This document shows, one piece after another, positions 53,870-63,799 of a stretch of 64,000 nt of DNA. Below the pieces are notes generated by a model. It was not told the DNA's origin. It saw only the letters and a list, made by a program, of their open reading frames with translations, and ran no database searches. Every line of letters starts with the position of its first letter. Position 1 is the first letter of the stretch. Source of the stretch: a virus; the IMG/VR virus record IMGVR_UViG_3300032805_000003, positions 24,939 through 88,938 of that record, one strand, 5' to 3'. Both the position numbers and the translations under genes were made by a program.

Positions 53870-55117
53870 GTGACCACCTACCGGCTGATGGACGGCGTCG
53901 CCGGACGGCCCGGAGTCGGTTCCTCCGGCACGCAGCCGCCGTCGTCGCCGACTGCTTACGCGGGCCCGTTCCAGGCCGGGACGGTGTTCTTCGTCACCCA
54001 GGGCGGCATGTGGCTGGAAGGGTACTGGTGGTGGTGCCCGGCCGGCGGGGACACCGGGGCGCAGAAGTTCTGCCTGTGGCAGCTGACGGCGGTCGGGTCG
54101 GTCGCCGGGACGCTCGTCCCGGACTCGGAGGTCACTTCCGGGACGCTCACCGCCGGCGCCTGGAACTATGTGCCGCTCGCCAGCCCGATCCAGCTGTCGA
54201 TCGGCTACGCCGGCAGCATGTACGTCGCGGCGACCGGCTGGACGTCGGTCAACGGCTTCCCGGACACCCACAGCCAGTTCGCTTCCGGAGATCCTTACTC
54301 GGCCGGGATCACCAACGGCCCGCTTCAGTGCTGGGGTGATGACAGCGCCGGCGGCACGTATCACGGGATCGCCGACAGCTATCAGGGGTTGTTCGGCACC
54401 GGGAACACCGGCGGGGCGGCCGACCCGGCTTTGAACATGCCAGACGCCGGATCGAGCTCCAGCAATTTCTGGATCGACGTGTCGGTGGCCGACACCGCCC
54501 CGGCCGGCTACGCGGGCAGTTACCGGATCTGGCCTGACAAATACGACGTCGCCACCACTTCAACCGGCATCGACCTGAATGACCCGTACATCCTCGGCAC
54601 CGAATTCACTCTCTCGCAGGCCTGCACGCTGGACAACCTGTGGTTCTATTCCCCGCCTACAGCCACCCAGCTGCCGACCCAGTGCGCGATCTGGGACGTG
54701 AACACCCAGACGATGGTCGCCGGGACGTTGCAAACCTCGCCGTCATGGTCAGGTGCCGCAGGATCGGGCTGGGTCTCGGCGCCTTACTCTGGTGTCACGT
54801 TGCCCGCCGGGGATTACAAAGCTTCCGTGTGGAATGCCGCAGCCCCGGGCAGCGGCACCGGCTGGAACAATTACGCCATCGGCTATTTCACCAGCCTGGA
54901 CGGCCAGAACGGCATCACCACCGGACCGGTCACCGTCCCGGACGCGGCGGCCGCGACCAGCCCCGGCCAGTCCACCTACCAGACCAGCAGCGCCAGCTTC
55001 CTGTACCCGGATCAGTACGTGGCCACCGAAGGCCAGTCGTACTGGGTCGACCCTGAAGTCACTCCGGTGACTGCGGCCGCCCCGGCGGTGGTCTATTCGA
55101 TGCGAATGATGCCCTGA
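53870..55117 (+). CDS. Tandem DUF4082-like domain protein
   Basis: Two GT.F...W...GW...NFWID/YWVD modules; C-terminal VYSMR tail. Confidence 0.65.
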   Translation: MTTYRLMDGVAGRPGVGSSGTQPPSSPTAYAGPFQAGTVFFVTQGGMWLEGYWWWCPAGGDTGAQKFCLWQLTAVGSVAGTLVPDSEVTSGTLTAGAWNYVPLASPIQLSIGYAGSMYVAATGWTSVNGFPDTHSQFASGDPYSAGITNGPLQCWGDDSAGGTYHGIADSYQGLFGTGNTGGAADPALNMPDAGSSSSNFWIDVSVADTAPAGYAGSYRIWPDKYDVATTSTGIDLNDPYILGTEFTLSQACTLDNLWFYSPPTATQLPTQCAIWDVNTQTMVAGTLQTSPSWSGAAGSGWVSAPYSGVTLPAGDYKASVWNAAAPGSGTGWNNYAIGYFTSLDGQNGITTGPVTVPDAAAATSPGQSTYQTSSASFLYPDQYVATEGQSYWVDPEVTPVTAAAPAVVYSMRMMP

Positions 55118-55120
55118 CCT

Positions 55121-56554
55121 GTGACTTCTTACATAACCGGCCTCGCCGGCACACCGGGTCCCGGATGGTTCACCGACAACAACGGGCAGCCGAAATTGTG
55201 GGTGGCTACCGAAACGTGGGGGCTGCCAGTCAACGCAGGCGAATGGAACGGCTCCGGCGGCGGCACGTTCGAGCAGGACTACGACAACTTTTTCTCCGAG
55301 CGCGCCGCCCAGGGGTTCACTGTCTGCATGACCGACCCGGTCTGGGCGGCGACGGGCTCGGGGGCTGCCAGCGTCAACGGGAACACCTGGGACGGCGTCA
55401 CCCCGCTGGCCGGCGGCAGCCATGACCCGTCGTCAGCCGGGCTGAACGCCACGTTCTGGGACCGTATCGACTACATGCTTTCCAGCGCCGCGGCTAACGG
55501 CATCACTGTCGGCCTGACCGTCGCTAACATCGGCGACGACGTGGAATCCGGCCAGTGGCAGGACTCCTGGACCGGTACCCAGTGGGAAGACTGGGGGGCG
55601 CTTGTCGGGGCCCGGTACGCCAGCACCCCGAATCTGGTCTGGCTGGCCGGCAACGACATGTTCTCCCCGTATTCCGACTCGATCCTGGACGCTGTTTACG
55701 GCGGTGTCGTCGGGGCGGGCGCGGGGCAGATGTGGTCGGCGTGGTACAACGCCGAATGCACCAGCCGCTTCGTCACCGACACCGCCGAAGCTGAAGGCTG
55801 GGGCACTGACTACGCGGCGTTCAACTTCTGCTACAGCTACAACGCCGGGTACTGGATCATCGAATACGCCTACCTCGAGGTGGCTGACGAGGACGCGGCG
55901 AGCTTGCTGCCGGTCACCTGGGGCGACGGGTACTTCTACCAGGGCGGCTCTGGTGATGGCTACGACTCGACCTATGACCGGGCGCTGCGGCAGGAATGGT
56001 GGTGGACGCTCGCCAGCGGCTCGCGCGGTGTCTTGGGCGAGGCAGAGAACGTGTACCCGTGGTCGGCGTCGTCATGCCCTGGCGCGGTGACCGGAAACTG
56101 GTTCTTCGCGAACAACGCCGCGAATATCGTCTCGGCGTTCACCAGCCTGAGCGGGTGGCACAAGCTGATCCCGGACACCTCCAGCGCGCTGGTGACCGCG
56201 GGGCGCGGCACCCGGGTCAGCGGCCTGACGTCGGGCGGCAGCGGCGGTTCTTACGAGCCGGCGTTCACCAACAGCTACGTCGCCGCGTCCCGATCCCCGG
56301 ACGGCACCCTCGCGGTGCTGTACCTGCCCGCTCACACCACGGTGACGATCAACCAGTCGCTGCTGGTGCCCGGGTACTCGGCTACCTGGATCGACCCGGT
56401 CTCGGGAGCGAGAACCGCCGCCACCCCGGGCAGCACGTACAACTCCACCGCGAAGGGAACTAACTCGCAGGGCGACCCGGACTGGGTGCTGACGTTCCAG
56501 GGCGCTGTTCCTGCGGCAACGGTGCCTCCGGTGTACTCCATGCGACGGTGCTAA
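55121..56554 (+). CDS. Glycoside hydrolase-like protein (DUF4038/apiosidase-like plus collagen-binding-type C-domain)
   Basis: R..QGF, FWDRIDY, GARY...PNLVWL.GND, WIDPVSG...DWVL; C-terminal VYSMR tail. Confidence 0.7.
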   Translation: MTSYITGLAGTPGPGWFTDNNGQPKLWVATETWGLPVNAGEWNGSGGGTFEQDYDNFFSERAAQGFTVCMTDPVWAATGSGAASVNGNTWDGVTPLAGGSHDPSSAGLNATFWDRIDYMLSSAAANGITVGLTVANIGDDVESGQWQDSWTGTQWEDWGALVGARYASTPNLVWLAGNDMFSPYSDSILDAVYGGVVGAGAGQMWSAWYNAECTSRFVTDTAEAEGWGTDYAAFNFCYSYNAGYWIIEYAYLEVADEDAASLLPVTWGDGYFYQGGSGDGYDSTYDRALRQEWWWTLASGSRGVLGEAENVYPWSASSCPGAVTGNWFFANNAANIVSAFTSLSGWHKLIPDTSSALVTAGRGTRVSGLTSGGSGGSYEPAFTNSYVAASRSPDGTLAVLYLPAHTTVTINQSLLVPGYSATWIDPVSGARTAATPGSTYNSTAKGTNSQGDPDWVLTFQGAVPAATVPPVYSMRRC

Positions 56555-56570
56555 CCAGGACGGGAGTTTC

Positions 56571-58520
56571 ATGAGCGACCGGCCGCCAGCCCGTCTCGAG
56601 GACCGGCAGGTGCCGTTGTGGCAGGCTGCGCTTGGTGCCGGCCGCCAGCGGCTAGCGCGCAGGCACGCCACCCGCGTGACACAGCAACCGCATTCCCGGG
56701 TGATGCCCGCGGCGGTGCGGCGCTACTGGAAAGACGCAGCCCGGGACCTGGCGGCCGCCGGCGCTGTCGTGCTGCTGCTGGTGCAGGTCCTCGGCGTGGC
56801 GGCGCAGATCCCGCCGTCGTCGCAATGGCCGTCGCCGGCGTCGCCGCCGGTGCAGATCTGCGGCAACTCGTCTGTCCTCGACGGGCCGTCTTCGCCGCCG
56901 GCCGGGGCGGTCACCGTCCCGGCCGGAGACAACTCCAGCTTGTTCGACAGCCCGCTCGCCGCGAACACAACATACTGGTTCGCTCCCGGCACCCACACTT
57001 TCACCGCCGGCACCTACGGCGCGTTCTCGTCGATCCCCGTCGAAAACAACGACGTTCTCACCGGCGGCCCCGGGGCGATCATAGACGGAGAGAACTTCAA
57101 CTATGAAGCTGTCGACAACCCCAGCGCCTCAGATGTGACGATCGAATACCTGACTTTCCAGAACTTCCACACTCCCGGCGGGCAGGGCGCGGTCTACGGG
57201 TACACGGGTTACACCGTGGAATACGACACTATCCAGGACACGATCCCGGGCAGCGGGCTTTACCTCGGCAGCGACGACGTCGCTGAATACAACTGCCTGA
57301 CCGAGAACGGGCAGCAAGGCTTCGGCGCGTACGGCACTCAGGACACCAGCTCGCTGACCGGCGGGGTGCAGAACGTCACCGTCGACTACAACGAGATCTC
57401 TTACAACAACCAGTGCAACTGGGAAGACTTCGCCGGTTTTCCTATCACGCCGCCCGCCGGCTGCGCCGGGGCCGGGCAGTTCTCGGGCTGTGGCTGCGCT
57501 GGCGCCGGCAAATTCTGGGAAACCTACGTGTCCTATTTCGAGGGCAACTACGTCCATAACGATTATGACAACGGGCCGTGGTGGGACACCGACAACACCG
57601 GCATGACCGTGACCGGGAACTATATCGCTGGTGAGTACGGCGCCGGCGTGACGATGGAAATCGGTTACAACGGTTACATAGCTGACAACACGTTCATAGA
57701 CGACACATGGGGTGTCGGGCCGATCAACCCTGGTTTCCCTACCTCCGCGATCTACATTAACGCGTCCGGGTCTGACAGCCGTGTCTCCGGCCCTTACGGC
57801 AGCGGGTTCGACATCACCGGCAACTCTTTTATCAACGACTGGTCCGGCGTGGTCTTGTACGAGACCGCGGACCGGTTCTGCGGGTCAATCGCCAACACCA
57901 GCACCGGGGACTGCACGCTGGTCAACCCGTCCGCGAACATACGAACTTGCGGGCAGCCGACTCCGGTGTCACCAAGCGCCCCGGCCGGCCCGGCAGGGCC
58001 AGCCCCCGGACGAGGCCGCACAGGCACTTCCCGCGGCGCTCCTGCGAGAGCCGGCCGCGGCGGGCGGGCGGCGGGACAGAACTTCACCCCGCTGATCGAC
58101 TACCAGCCGTATTACTCTGACTGCCGGTGGAAAACCCAGAACGTGTCAGTCACGGGTAACTTGTTCGCTTACGACCCGTCTGACATCCCGGACTGCACCG
58201 TCGCGCTGTATTGCGGGTTCAACGGCTTGTTCTCGAACTATGGCATCACCCCGCCTTATCTCGGCTACGCGGTGGCGAACACCATCACCTACAGCCAGAA
58301 CAACTTGTTCTCGGGCAACACCTACTGCGGGCCATGGCAGTTCGATCCTTACATCCAGGGCAGCGACGAGACTTTCGCGACCTGGCAGGCGTCTCCGTAT
58401 AACCAGGACCCGGGCAGCACCCTGAACAGCGCGGCGTGCTCGGCGATCATGCAGCAGACGGCCGGGCGGTCTGCGGGCCCGGCGCCGGTGACGATCCCTG
58501 TCCGCATCGGCCGCAAGTAA
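56571..58520 (+). CDS. Right-handed beta-helix (pectin-lyase-like) protein with N-terminal TM segment
   Basis: GAIIDG, VTIEYLT, NEISYNN, GKFW, NYVHN, W.DTDN repeats. Confidence 0.75.
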   Translation: MSDRPPARLEDRQVPLWQAALGAGRQRLARRHATRVTQQPHSRVMPAAVRRYWKDAARDLAAAGAVVLLLVQVLGVAAQIPPSSQWPSPASPPVQICGNSSVLDGPSSPPAGAVTVPAGDNSSLFDSPLAANTTYWFAPGTHTFTAGTYGAFSSIPVENNDVLTGGPGAIIDGENFNYEAVDNPSASDVTIEYLTFQNFHTPGGQGAVYGYTGYTVEYDTIQDTIPGSGLYLGSDDVAEYNCLTENGQQGFGAYGTQDTSSLTGGVQNVTVDYNEISYNNQCNWEDFAGFPITPPAGCAGAGQFSGCGCAGAGKFWETYVSYFEGNYVHNDYDNGPWWDTDNTGMTVTGNYIAGEYGAGVTMEIGYNGYIADNTFIDDTWGVGPINPGFPTSAIYINASGSDSRVSGPYGSGFDITGNSFINDWSGVVLYETADRFCGSIANTSTGDCTLVNPSANIRTCGQPTPVSPSAPAGPAGPAPGRGRTGTSRGAPARAGRGGRAAGQNFTPLIDYQPYYSDCRWKTQNVSVTGNLFAYDPSDIPDCTVALYCGFNGLFSNYGITPPYLGYAVANTITYSQNNLFSGNTYCGPWQFDPYIQGSDETFATWQASPYNQDPGSTLNSAACSAIMQQTAGRSAGPAPVTIPVRIGRK

Positions 58521-58529
58521 GGCACACCT

Positions 58530-59315
58530 GTGACCTCCTACAACACCGGGGCTACCGCCAGCGCTAGCACCGCGGCCAGCGTCGCGATCACCATCCCGTC
58601 CGGGGTGCTGGCCGGCGACGTGATGTTCATGTGCCTCAACGTGTTCACCGAGACCGGCACCGCCCCGTCGATCTCGTTCTCCGGAGCTGGCGGCTCATGG
58701 ACGCTTGTCCCGGTCACAGCCGGCGCTAACCCGGAAGTCGCGAACAGCGGCTCGATCTGGAACTACGGCTACACCTACTACCGGGTAGCTACCTCCGGGG
58801 ACCCGGGCGCGACTTTGACGATCACCGAATCCGGGTCGTCCGCGTCGACGACCTGGTTCGCGGTCGCGATCGCGTCTTACACCAGCGCGAGCACCACCGC
58901 GCCGGTCGACGTCGCCGGCGGGACTGAGACTGCGGCTGTGGTCACCACCATCGCCTGCCCGTCGCTGAACACCGTCGTCAACAACGACTGGGGCATCTAC
59001 CTCGGCGGCGGCGGCGTCGGCACCGGTTCGACCTGGACAGGGCCCGCCACGCAACGGCAAAGCGTCGTCTCCGTCAGCGCTGGCATCGGCGCGGCGATCA
59101 GCGACAGCAACGGCCCGGTCGCAGCCGGGTCGTCCATCGGCGGCGGCAACTTCACCACCAGCAACGGCAGCACCACGAACTATCTGACCGCGTTCACTGT
59201 CGGGCTGGCGCCCCCGTCAGTGACCGGCCCGCCGCTAGGCCAGCAGTACATGGGAAACGCGCCGGCGGTGATCGTAACCGGGGCCGGCTGGAGAGGCGCG
59301 TCGCACAGCCGCTGA
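58530..59315 (+). CDS. Beta-sandwich virion protein
   Basis: IPSGV.AGD..., YYRVATSGD; paralogous to N-domains of the 47145 and 59341 proteins. Confidence 0.6.
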   Translation: MTSYNTGATASASTAASVAITIPSGVLAGDVMFMCLNVFTETGTAPSISFSGAGGSWTLVPVTAGANPEVANSGSIWNYGYTYYRVATSGDPGATLTITESGSSASTTWFAVAIASYTSASTTAPVDVAGGTETAAVVTTIACPSLNTVVNNDWGIYLGGGGVGTGSTWTGPATQRQSVVSVSAGIGAAISDSNGPVAAGSSIGGGNFTTSNGSTTNYLTAFTVGLAPPSVTGPPLGQQYMGNAPAVIVTGAGWRGASHSR

Positions 59316-59340
59316 CTAGCCCGGAGGGGAGCGCTCGCCC

Positions 59341-62124
59341 ATGGCGGTCTCCGAAGTCGGCACCCCGGCCGCGACGGTTTACACGACCACCAACGGCACC
59401 AACACGCCGACGCTGGCCTGGTCCGGTTCACAGCCGCGCACCGCCGGAGACCTGCTTGTCCTGACCGTCACCGCCGCGGCGACAACCTCCGTCACCGCCC
59501 CGTCGACGCCGTCAGGCTGGACCGCCGGCCCGGCGGGCGGGAACACCGGCACCACCCCGCACGCCTACACCGCGATCTTCTGGAAGATCGCCACCGGATC
59601 TGATTCGGTGCCGTCGATTTCGGTGACCACCAGCGGGACGACCCGCTGCGGGTTCACCCTGCTCGAGTTCACCGGAGTCAACCAGGCCAGCCCGGTCGAC
59701 ACATCCGGCACCTTCGGCTCCGGGTCGAGCTCGGCGACGATCGCGTCTATCACCGTCACGACCAGCGGGAACGTCACCCTCCCTGACGAGTACGCGATAG
59801 CGTGTTTCGCCCGCGAGCAAGCCACCGCGGCGACGATGCCGGCCTGGACCCCCGGCAGCGGCTGGTCGAACCTCTCTAACGACGGCTCGACATCTAGCCG
59901 TGACCACAACGCGGTCGACACCTACAGCAACCCGCCGTCCGGCTCTGCCTTGTCTGACGCGGCGACGATGACCAGCGCCGCCACCGCGTACTCCGCCGCC
60001 TCGATCATGGTGATCGCGACAGCGGTCGGCAACGTCGGCCCGGCGCTGACCGGGCTGAACCAGGCTGTAGGCACCCGGGTTGTGCTGGTCCGCACCGGCT
60101 TGCCGATGACGTCGCTGATTCCGCCAGCGCCGGCGGCACCGCCAGCGCCAGCGCCGTTGTACCCGCAAACCAGGCCCGCTGGACGGCTGCGCGGGCTGCC
60201 GCCGCGCGGCATCGTCCGCGGCGTCGCCGGAGCCGCCCTGGTCGTCGGTGTCCTCGGCCCGCCGGCCCGCCCGCTGCATTCTCCGGTCACGGCCGGGATC
60301 CCGAACCCGGCCGCCGGGCAGCAAACCAGACTGCCGTCAGCGGGCCGGGTGTACAGCCACGCCGGCACACGTCAAAACACCGGGCCGCCTGCCCCCGCGC
60401 TGCACCGCCCGGTCAGCGCGCCTGCCCGGCCGTTGCCGCCGCGCGGCATGTCCCGCAGCCAGCCCGGGTCGCGAGAAAACACCGGCCCGGCAGTCCTGCC
60501 GTCGCGCAGGCCTGCGCGCGCCCAGCTAGCGTTCCCTGTCCGGCGCGGACGGTCTCAGGCAACTCCGGTACAGCCGCCAGCGCCGCCGGTCACCCCGCCG
60601 CCGCTGACCCCGTTGCGCGCCCCGGTGCGAGCCCGGCTGCCGCAGCCGTTGCGCGGCTGCACACTGACCATGGTCGGGCTGCCCGGGCAGGCGCTGCCCG
60701 TCCCGGCGCCGCTGACGCCGTTGCGCAGCCCGGTCCGGGCTGCCGGGCTGCCGCCGGCGTTGCACGGCCGGGCCGCGACCATGGCGGCGCTGCCAGTCCC
60801 GGCCGCGCCCGCTGCCGGAGCTCCGCTGCCGCCGAAGACGACGCCGTGGCGGGCGGTCATCCCGGCCGCGGCCAGAGGCGGCACCGCCCGCGGCAGCGCC
60901 GGCGCCTACCAGGGCACCGGACTGCCGCAGGCCCCGCTCAGCCAGCCAGCCGGCGTCCAGGTCGTCATCGTCCGCGAAGGCAGCGTCCAGACCTCCGGGC
61001 CGTACGCGCCGTCTGCCGCGCCGCCGGTCACCCCGGCGCCGTTGTACCCGCTGACCCAGCCGGCGCGGGCCCGGCTGCTGAAGCCGCCGCCCGGGCGGGC
61101 CGCGACGATGGCCCCGCTGGTCGTCACCCCGGTCACCCCGGCGTCCGGGCCGCCGCTGACGCCGTTGCGCGCCCCGGTGCGGGCTGCCTGGCCGGCCAGA
61201 GTCCGCGGCGGCCGGGGTTACGGCTCGCGCGGCATCCGGGCACAAACCGGGCCGTCGCCGCGGCCGCTCACCAGCCCGGTCACCGTCTCTCATGCGCTGC
61301 CGCCGGCTGGCCACATCCAGCGGGCCAGCCCGCCGCAGCAAGCGCCAGCCCCGCCGCAGCTAGCGCCGGCGTATCCGCTGCGATCCCCTGCGCGGGCGGT
61401 CATCCCGCCGCGGCCTCGAGCTGGTTACGCCCGCAGCCTGCGCGGCGTGCCCGAAAGCACCGGCCCGGTCCTGCGGCCGGCTGCCGGCCCGGTCACCAGC
61501 CGCCAGCCGTTGCCGCCGCGCGGCCAGATCTGGCACAGCATCCCGCCGCCGCCGGTTTTCATACCGCCCGCGTCCGGGCCGCCGCTGACCCCGTTGCGCA
61601 CCCCGGTCCGGGCGCCGGTGCCGGCCCGTCCCCGCGGCGGGACCGTTCACGGTCTGCGCGGCGTCTACGAAAGCACCGGCTCGCCGGCCAGGCCGCTCAC
61701 CAGCCCGGTACGGCCGCCGGTTCTGCCGACGTTCAGCAAAGGCCGGGCACAGCACCTCGCCGGCGTCTACGACAGCACCGGCGGCCCGGTGCCGCCGTTG
61801 CGGCAGCCGGTCCGCGCTCGCCAGCCGTTGCCGCCCGCAGGCCGTCAGCTGGTCACCCCGGCGTACGTGCCGCCGGTCGTGCCACCCGGCCGGATCCCGG
61901 ACACCTGCACGCTGGTAGTCGCCGCCGAAACCAGCTATCAGGCTGTCCCCGGCGCCGGTGACCAGATCGCCGTGACCACCGTCACTTACCAGATCGGGGA
62001 AGACTGCCCGCAGCCAGCGGTAATCACCGTCGACGGGCAGGTCACCGCCGGCGACGTCCCCGGCCAGGTCCAGGTTTTCACCTATCAGGCTCAGCGGCAG
62101 ATCACCGTACCGGGCAACAGCTGA
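59341..62124 (+). CDS. 927-aa protein: beta-sandwich N-domain plus about 17 Pro/Arg-rich repeats
   Basis: Repeats of GPPLxPLxxPVRA...PxxGR, about 35-40 aa each. Confidence 0.7.
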   Translation: MAVSEVGTPAATVYTTTNGTNTPTLAWSGSQPRTAGDLLVLTVTAAATTSVTAPSTPSGWTAGPAGGNTGTTPHAYTAIFWKIATGSDSVPSISVTTSGTTRCGFTLLEFTGVNQASPVDTSGTFGSGSSSATIASITVTTSGNVTLPDEYAIACFAREQATAATMPAWTPGSGWSNLSNDGSTSSRDHNAVDTYSNPPSGSALSDAATMTSAATAYSAASIMVIATAVGNVGPALTGLNQAVGTRVVLVRTGLPMTSLIPPAPAAPPAPAPLYPQTRPAGRLRGLPPRGIVRGVAGAALVVGVLGPPARPLHSPVTAGIPNPAAGQQTRLPSAGRVYSHAGTRQNTGPPAPALHRPVSAPARPLPPRGMSRSQPGSRENTGPAVLPSRRPARAQLAFPVRRGRSQATPVQPPAPPVTPPPLTPLRAPVRARLPQPLRGCTLTMVGLPGQALPVPAPLTPLRSPVRAAGLPPALHGRAATMAALPVPAAPAAGAPLPPKTTPWRAVIPAAARGGTARGSAGAYQGTGLPQAPLSQPAGVQVVIVREGSVQTSGPYAPSAAPPVTPAPLYPLTQPARARLLKPPPGRAATMAPLVVTPVTPASGPPLTPLRAPVRAAWPARVRGGRGYGSRGIRAQTGPSPRPLTSPVTVSHALPPAGHIQRASPPQQAPAPPQLAPAYPLRSPARAVIPPRPRAGYARSLRGVPESTGPVLRPAAGPVTSRQPLPPRGQIWHSIPPPPVFIPPASGPPLTPLRTPVRAPVPARPRGGTVHGLRGVYESTGSPARPLTSPVRPPVLPTFSKGRAQHLAGVYDSTGGPVPPLRQPVRARQPLPPAGRQLVTPAYVPPVVPPGRIPDTCTLVVAAETSYQAVPGAGDQIAVTTVTYQIGEDCPQPAVITVDGQVTAGDVPGQVQVFTYQAQRQITVPGNS

Positions 62125-62159
62125 CCAGACATCAGACGAGGGAAGGGGGCCTGGTCCCG

Positions 62160-62489
62160 TTGATACACCAGCTGGCCGGCGTCATCACCACAAGCCAGAT
62201 CCCGTGGCTGGAGATCGTCGCCTGGGGCAGCCCTCTGGTGATCGCGTGCACCGGTGCTGTCGTCGTCGGGTTGAAAGCCTTGTACCGGCTGGCGTCGACG
62301 AACCAGCGGTCAGCCACCGCGCAGGAAGGCACTGCGAAAGCGTTGCAAGAACTGTCGGAACGGTTCGCGAACTTCGCTGACGAAGTGCAGAAGAAGCAAT
62401 CCGAAACGGATAGTCGTCTGGCTGTGATCGAGTACGCCCGCGATCACGGATGGAGATCCCAGACCGGGAGAACGCGGGAGGGCCAGTGA
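62160..62489 (+). CDS. Membrane protein with coiled coil (lysis-cassette-like)
   Basis: One TM then coiled coil ending RLAVIE. Confidence 0.5.
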   Translation: MIHQLAGVITTSQIPWLEIVAWGSPLVIACTGAVVVGLKALYRLASTNQRSATAQEGTAKALQELSERFANFADEVQKKQSETDSRLAVIEYARDHGWRSQTGRTREGQ

Positions 62490-62887
62490 GCCGGGTTCTG
62501 AAGCTTCGGATTCCGACGCTGCCCGCCGATCCGGCTGTCCGGGCGGTGGTGCTGGTCGCCGCGGCGTGCGTGCTGGTGCTGGCGATCGCCGGCGGGTCGA
62601 TCGCCGGCAGCTATGTGCTGACGTTGCACCAGATCGCCGTCAACAACACGAACATGGCGGCCGCGCATCACCAGCAGCAGGTGACAACGGCGGCGAACCA
62701 GCGCCGGCAAGAGATCGGGGCGTGCCGCCAGTTCGGCGGCCTGGTCGAATCAATCGTCCAGGCCAACGACGACACCCGGCATGCGGTGAAAGCGAGCCAC
62801 AGCTTCGGCCAGCTGTTCTCGCTCGCTGTCCAGCGCTATTACGCCCAAACCGGGTGCGCCCGGTTCTTCACCGTCGCAGGTGGCTGA
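62486..62887 (+). CDS. Membrane-anchored protein with two Cys
   Basis: TM helix; GTGA coupling. Confidence 0.5.
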   Translation: MSRVLKLRIPTLPADPAVRAVVLVAAACVLVLAIAGGSIAGSYVLTLHQIAVNNTNMAAAHHQQQVTTAANQRRQEIGACRQFGGLVESIVQANDDTRHAVKASHSFGQLFSLAVQRYYAQTGCARFFTVAGG

Positions 62888-62918
62888 TGACCTCTGCCAG
62901 CCAGAAGACGGCTCCCGC

Positions 62919-63611
62919 ATGACCAGCTACAACCCGGCCGCTGACCCGGTCCACGGCCACGGGTTCAACACCGCTGCCCGCTGGGGCGGCTGGTCCTGGA
63001 ATGCGCCGTCCCGCGGCGAGCATTTCCGGCGGTGCTCTTTCTGCGGGTCGATCCATCCGGATGACCTGGCCGCCGAACCCGCCGGCACAGGATGCGGGCA
63101 CCCGGGTTGCCCGGACCCGCACAGCCAGCTTGCGCGGGTCCATTTCCCGGTCGCCGGCCTGGCCGGCGACCGGCGGCATGTGTTCGTGGACACTGGCTGG
63201 CGGGCCAGCTGGGCGGACATGAAATACGGCTGGCCGCACAAGTTCTATGTCGAAGGGCTGGTCAACCGGGATCCGAGCAGCTTGTCGGTGATCGGGTCAG
63301 CCAGCGGCCCGCAAGCCCCGTCCTGGGCTGCCGGTGCCGGTGAACAGTGGGTTCCGGTCAGCCGGCTGACGCGCCAGCAACGGAAAACCGCCCGCGGTGA
63401 AGGGTATCTGCGGTCCGGTGACCAGGGCGGCTGGCTGTTGTTCGGGCACCGGAACACCCATTTCGCCAAGTTCTACACGATCCATCTGGCGGACCCGGCG
63501 ATCGGCGAGCAGACCCGGGAGATCATCGCGCGGGTGAGCCGGCGCAGGCTGACGTTCGACGACGGGCTGGTCAGCTGGCAAGCGTACGCACCGCCGGAGA
63601 CCAGCCCGTGA
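62919..63611 (+). CDS. Hypothetical protein
   Basis: CSFCGSIHP, DMKYGWPHKFYV, KFYTIHL motifs. Confidence 0.6.
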   Translation: MTSYNPAADPVHGHGFNTAARWGGWSWNAPSRGEHFRRCSFCGSIHPDDLAAEPAGTGCGHPGCPDPHSQLARVHFPVAGLAGDRRHVFVDTGWRASWADMKYGWPHKFYVEGLVNRDPSSLSVIGSASGPQAPSWAAGAGEQWVPVSRLTRQQRKTARGEGYLRSGDQGGWLLFGHRNTHFAKFYTIHLADPAIGEQTREIIARVSRRRLTFDDGLVSWQAYAPPETSP

Positions 63612-63799
63612 CCGAGTTCACCGGGACGGCGAGCACCAGCGATCCGGCAGCCATCTGGATTATCTGGGGTTCCGGGCCGGATGATCCGCCGCCAGCGCCG
63701 GTGCCGGCTCGCCGGCCGCAGCACCCGGGCGGCCCGCCGGTGCTGGCCGCCCGCCGCGCACCGGATGGCGAACGGGTCCTGGCTGCGGTCAGCGCGTGA
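63608..63799 (+). CDS. Small hypothetical protein
   Basis: GTGA coupled at both ends. Confidence 0.4.
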   Translation: MTEFTGTASTSDPAAIWIIWGSGPDDPPPAPVPARRPQHPGGPPVLAARRAPDGERVLAAVSA

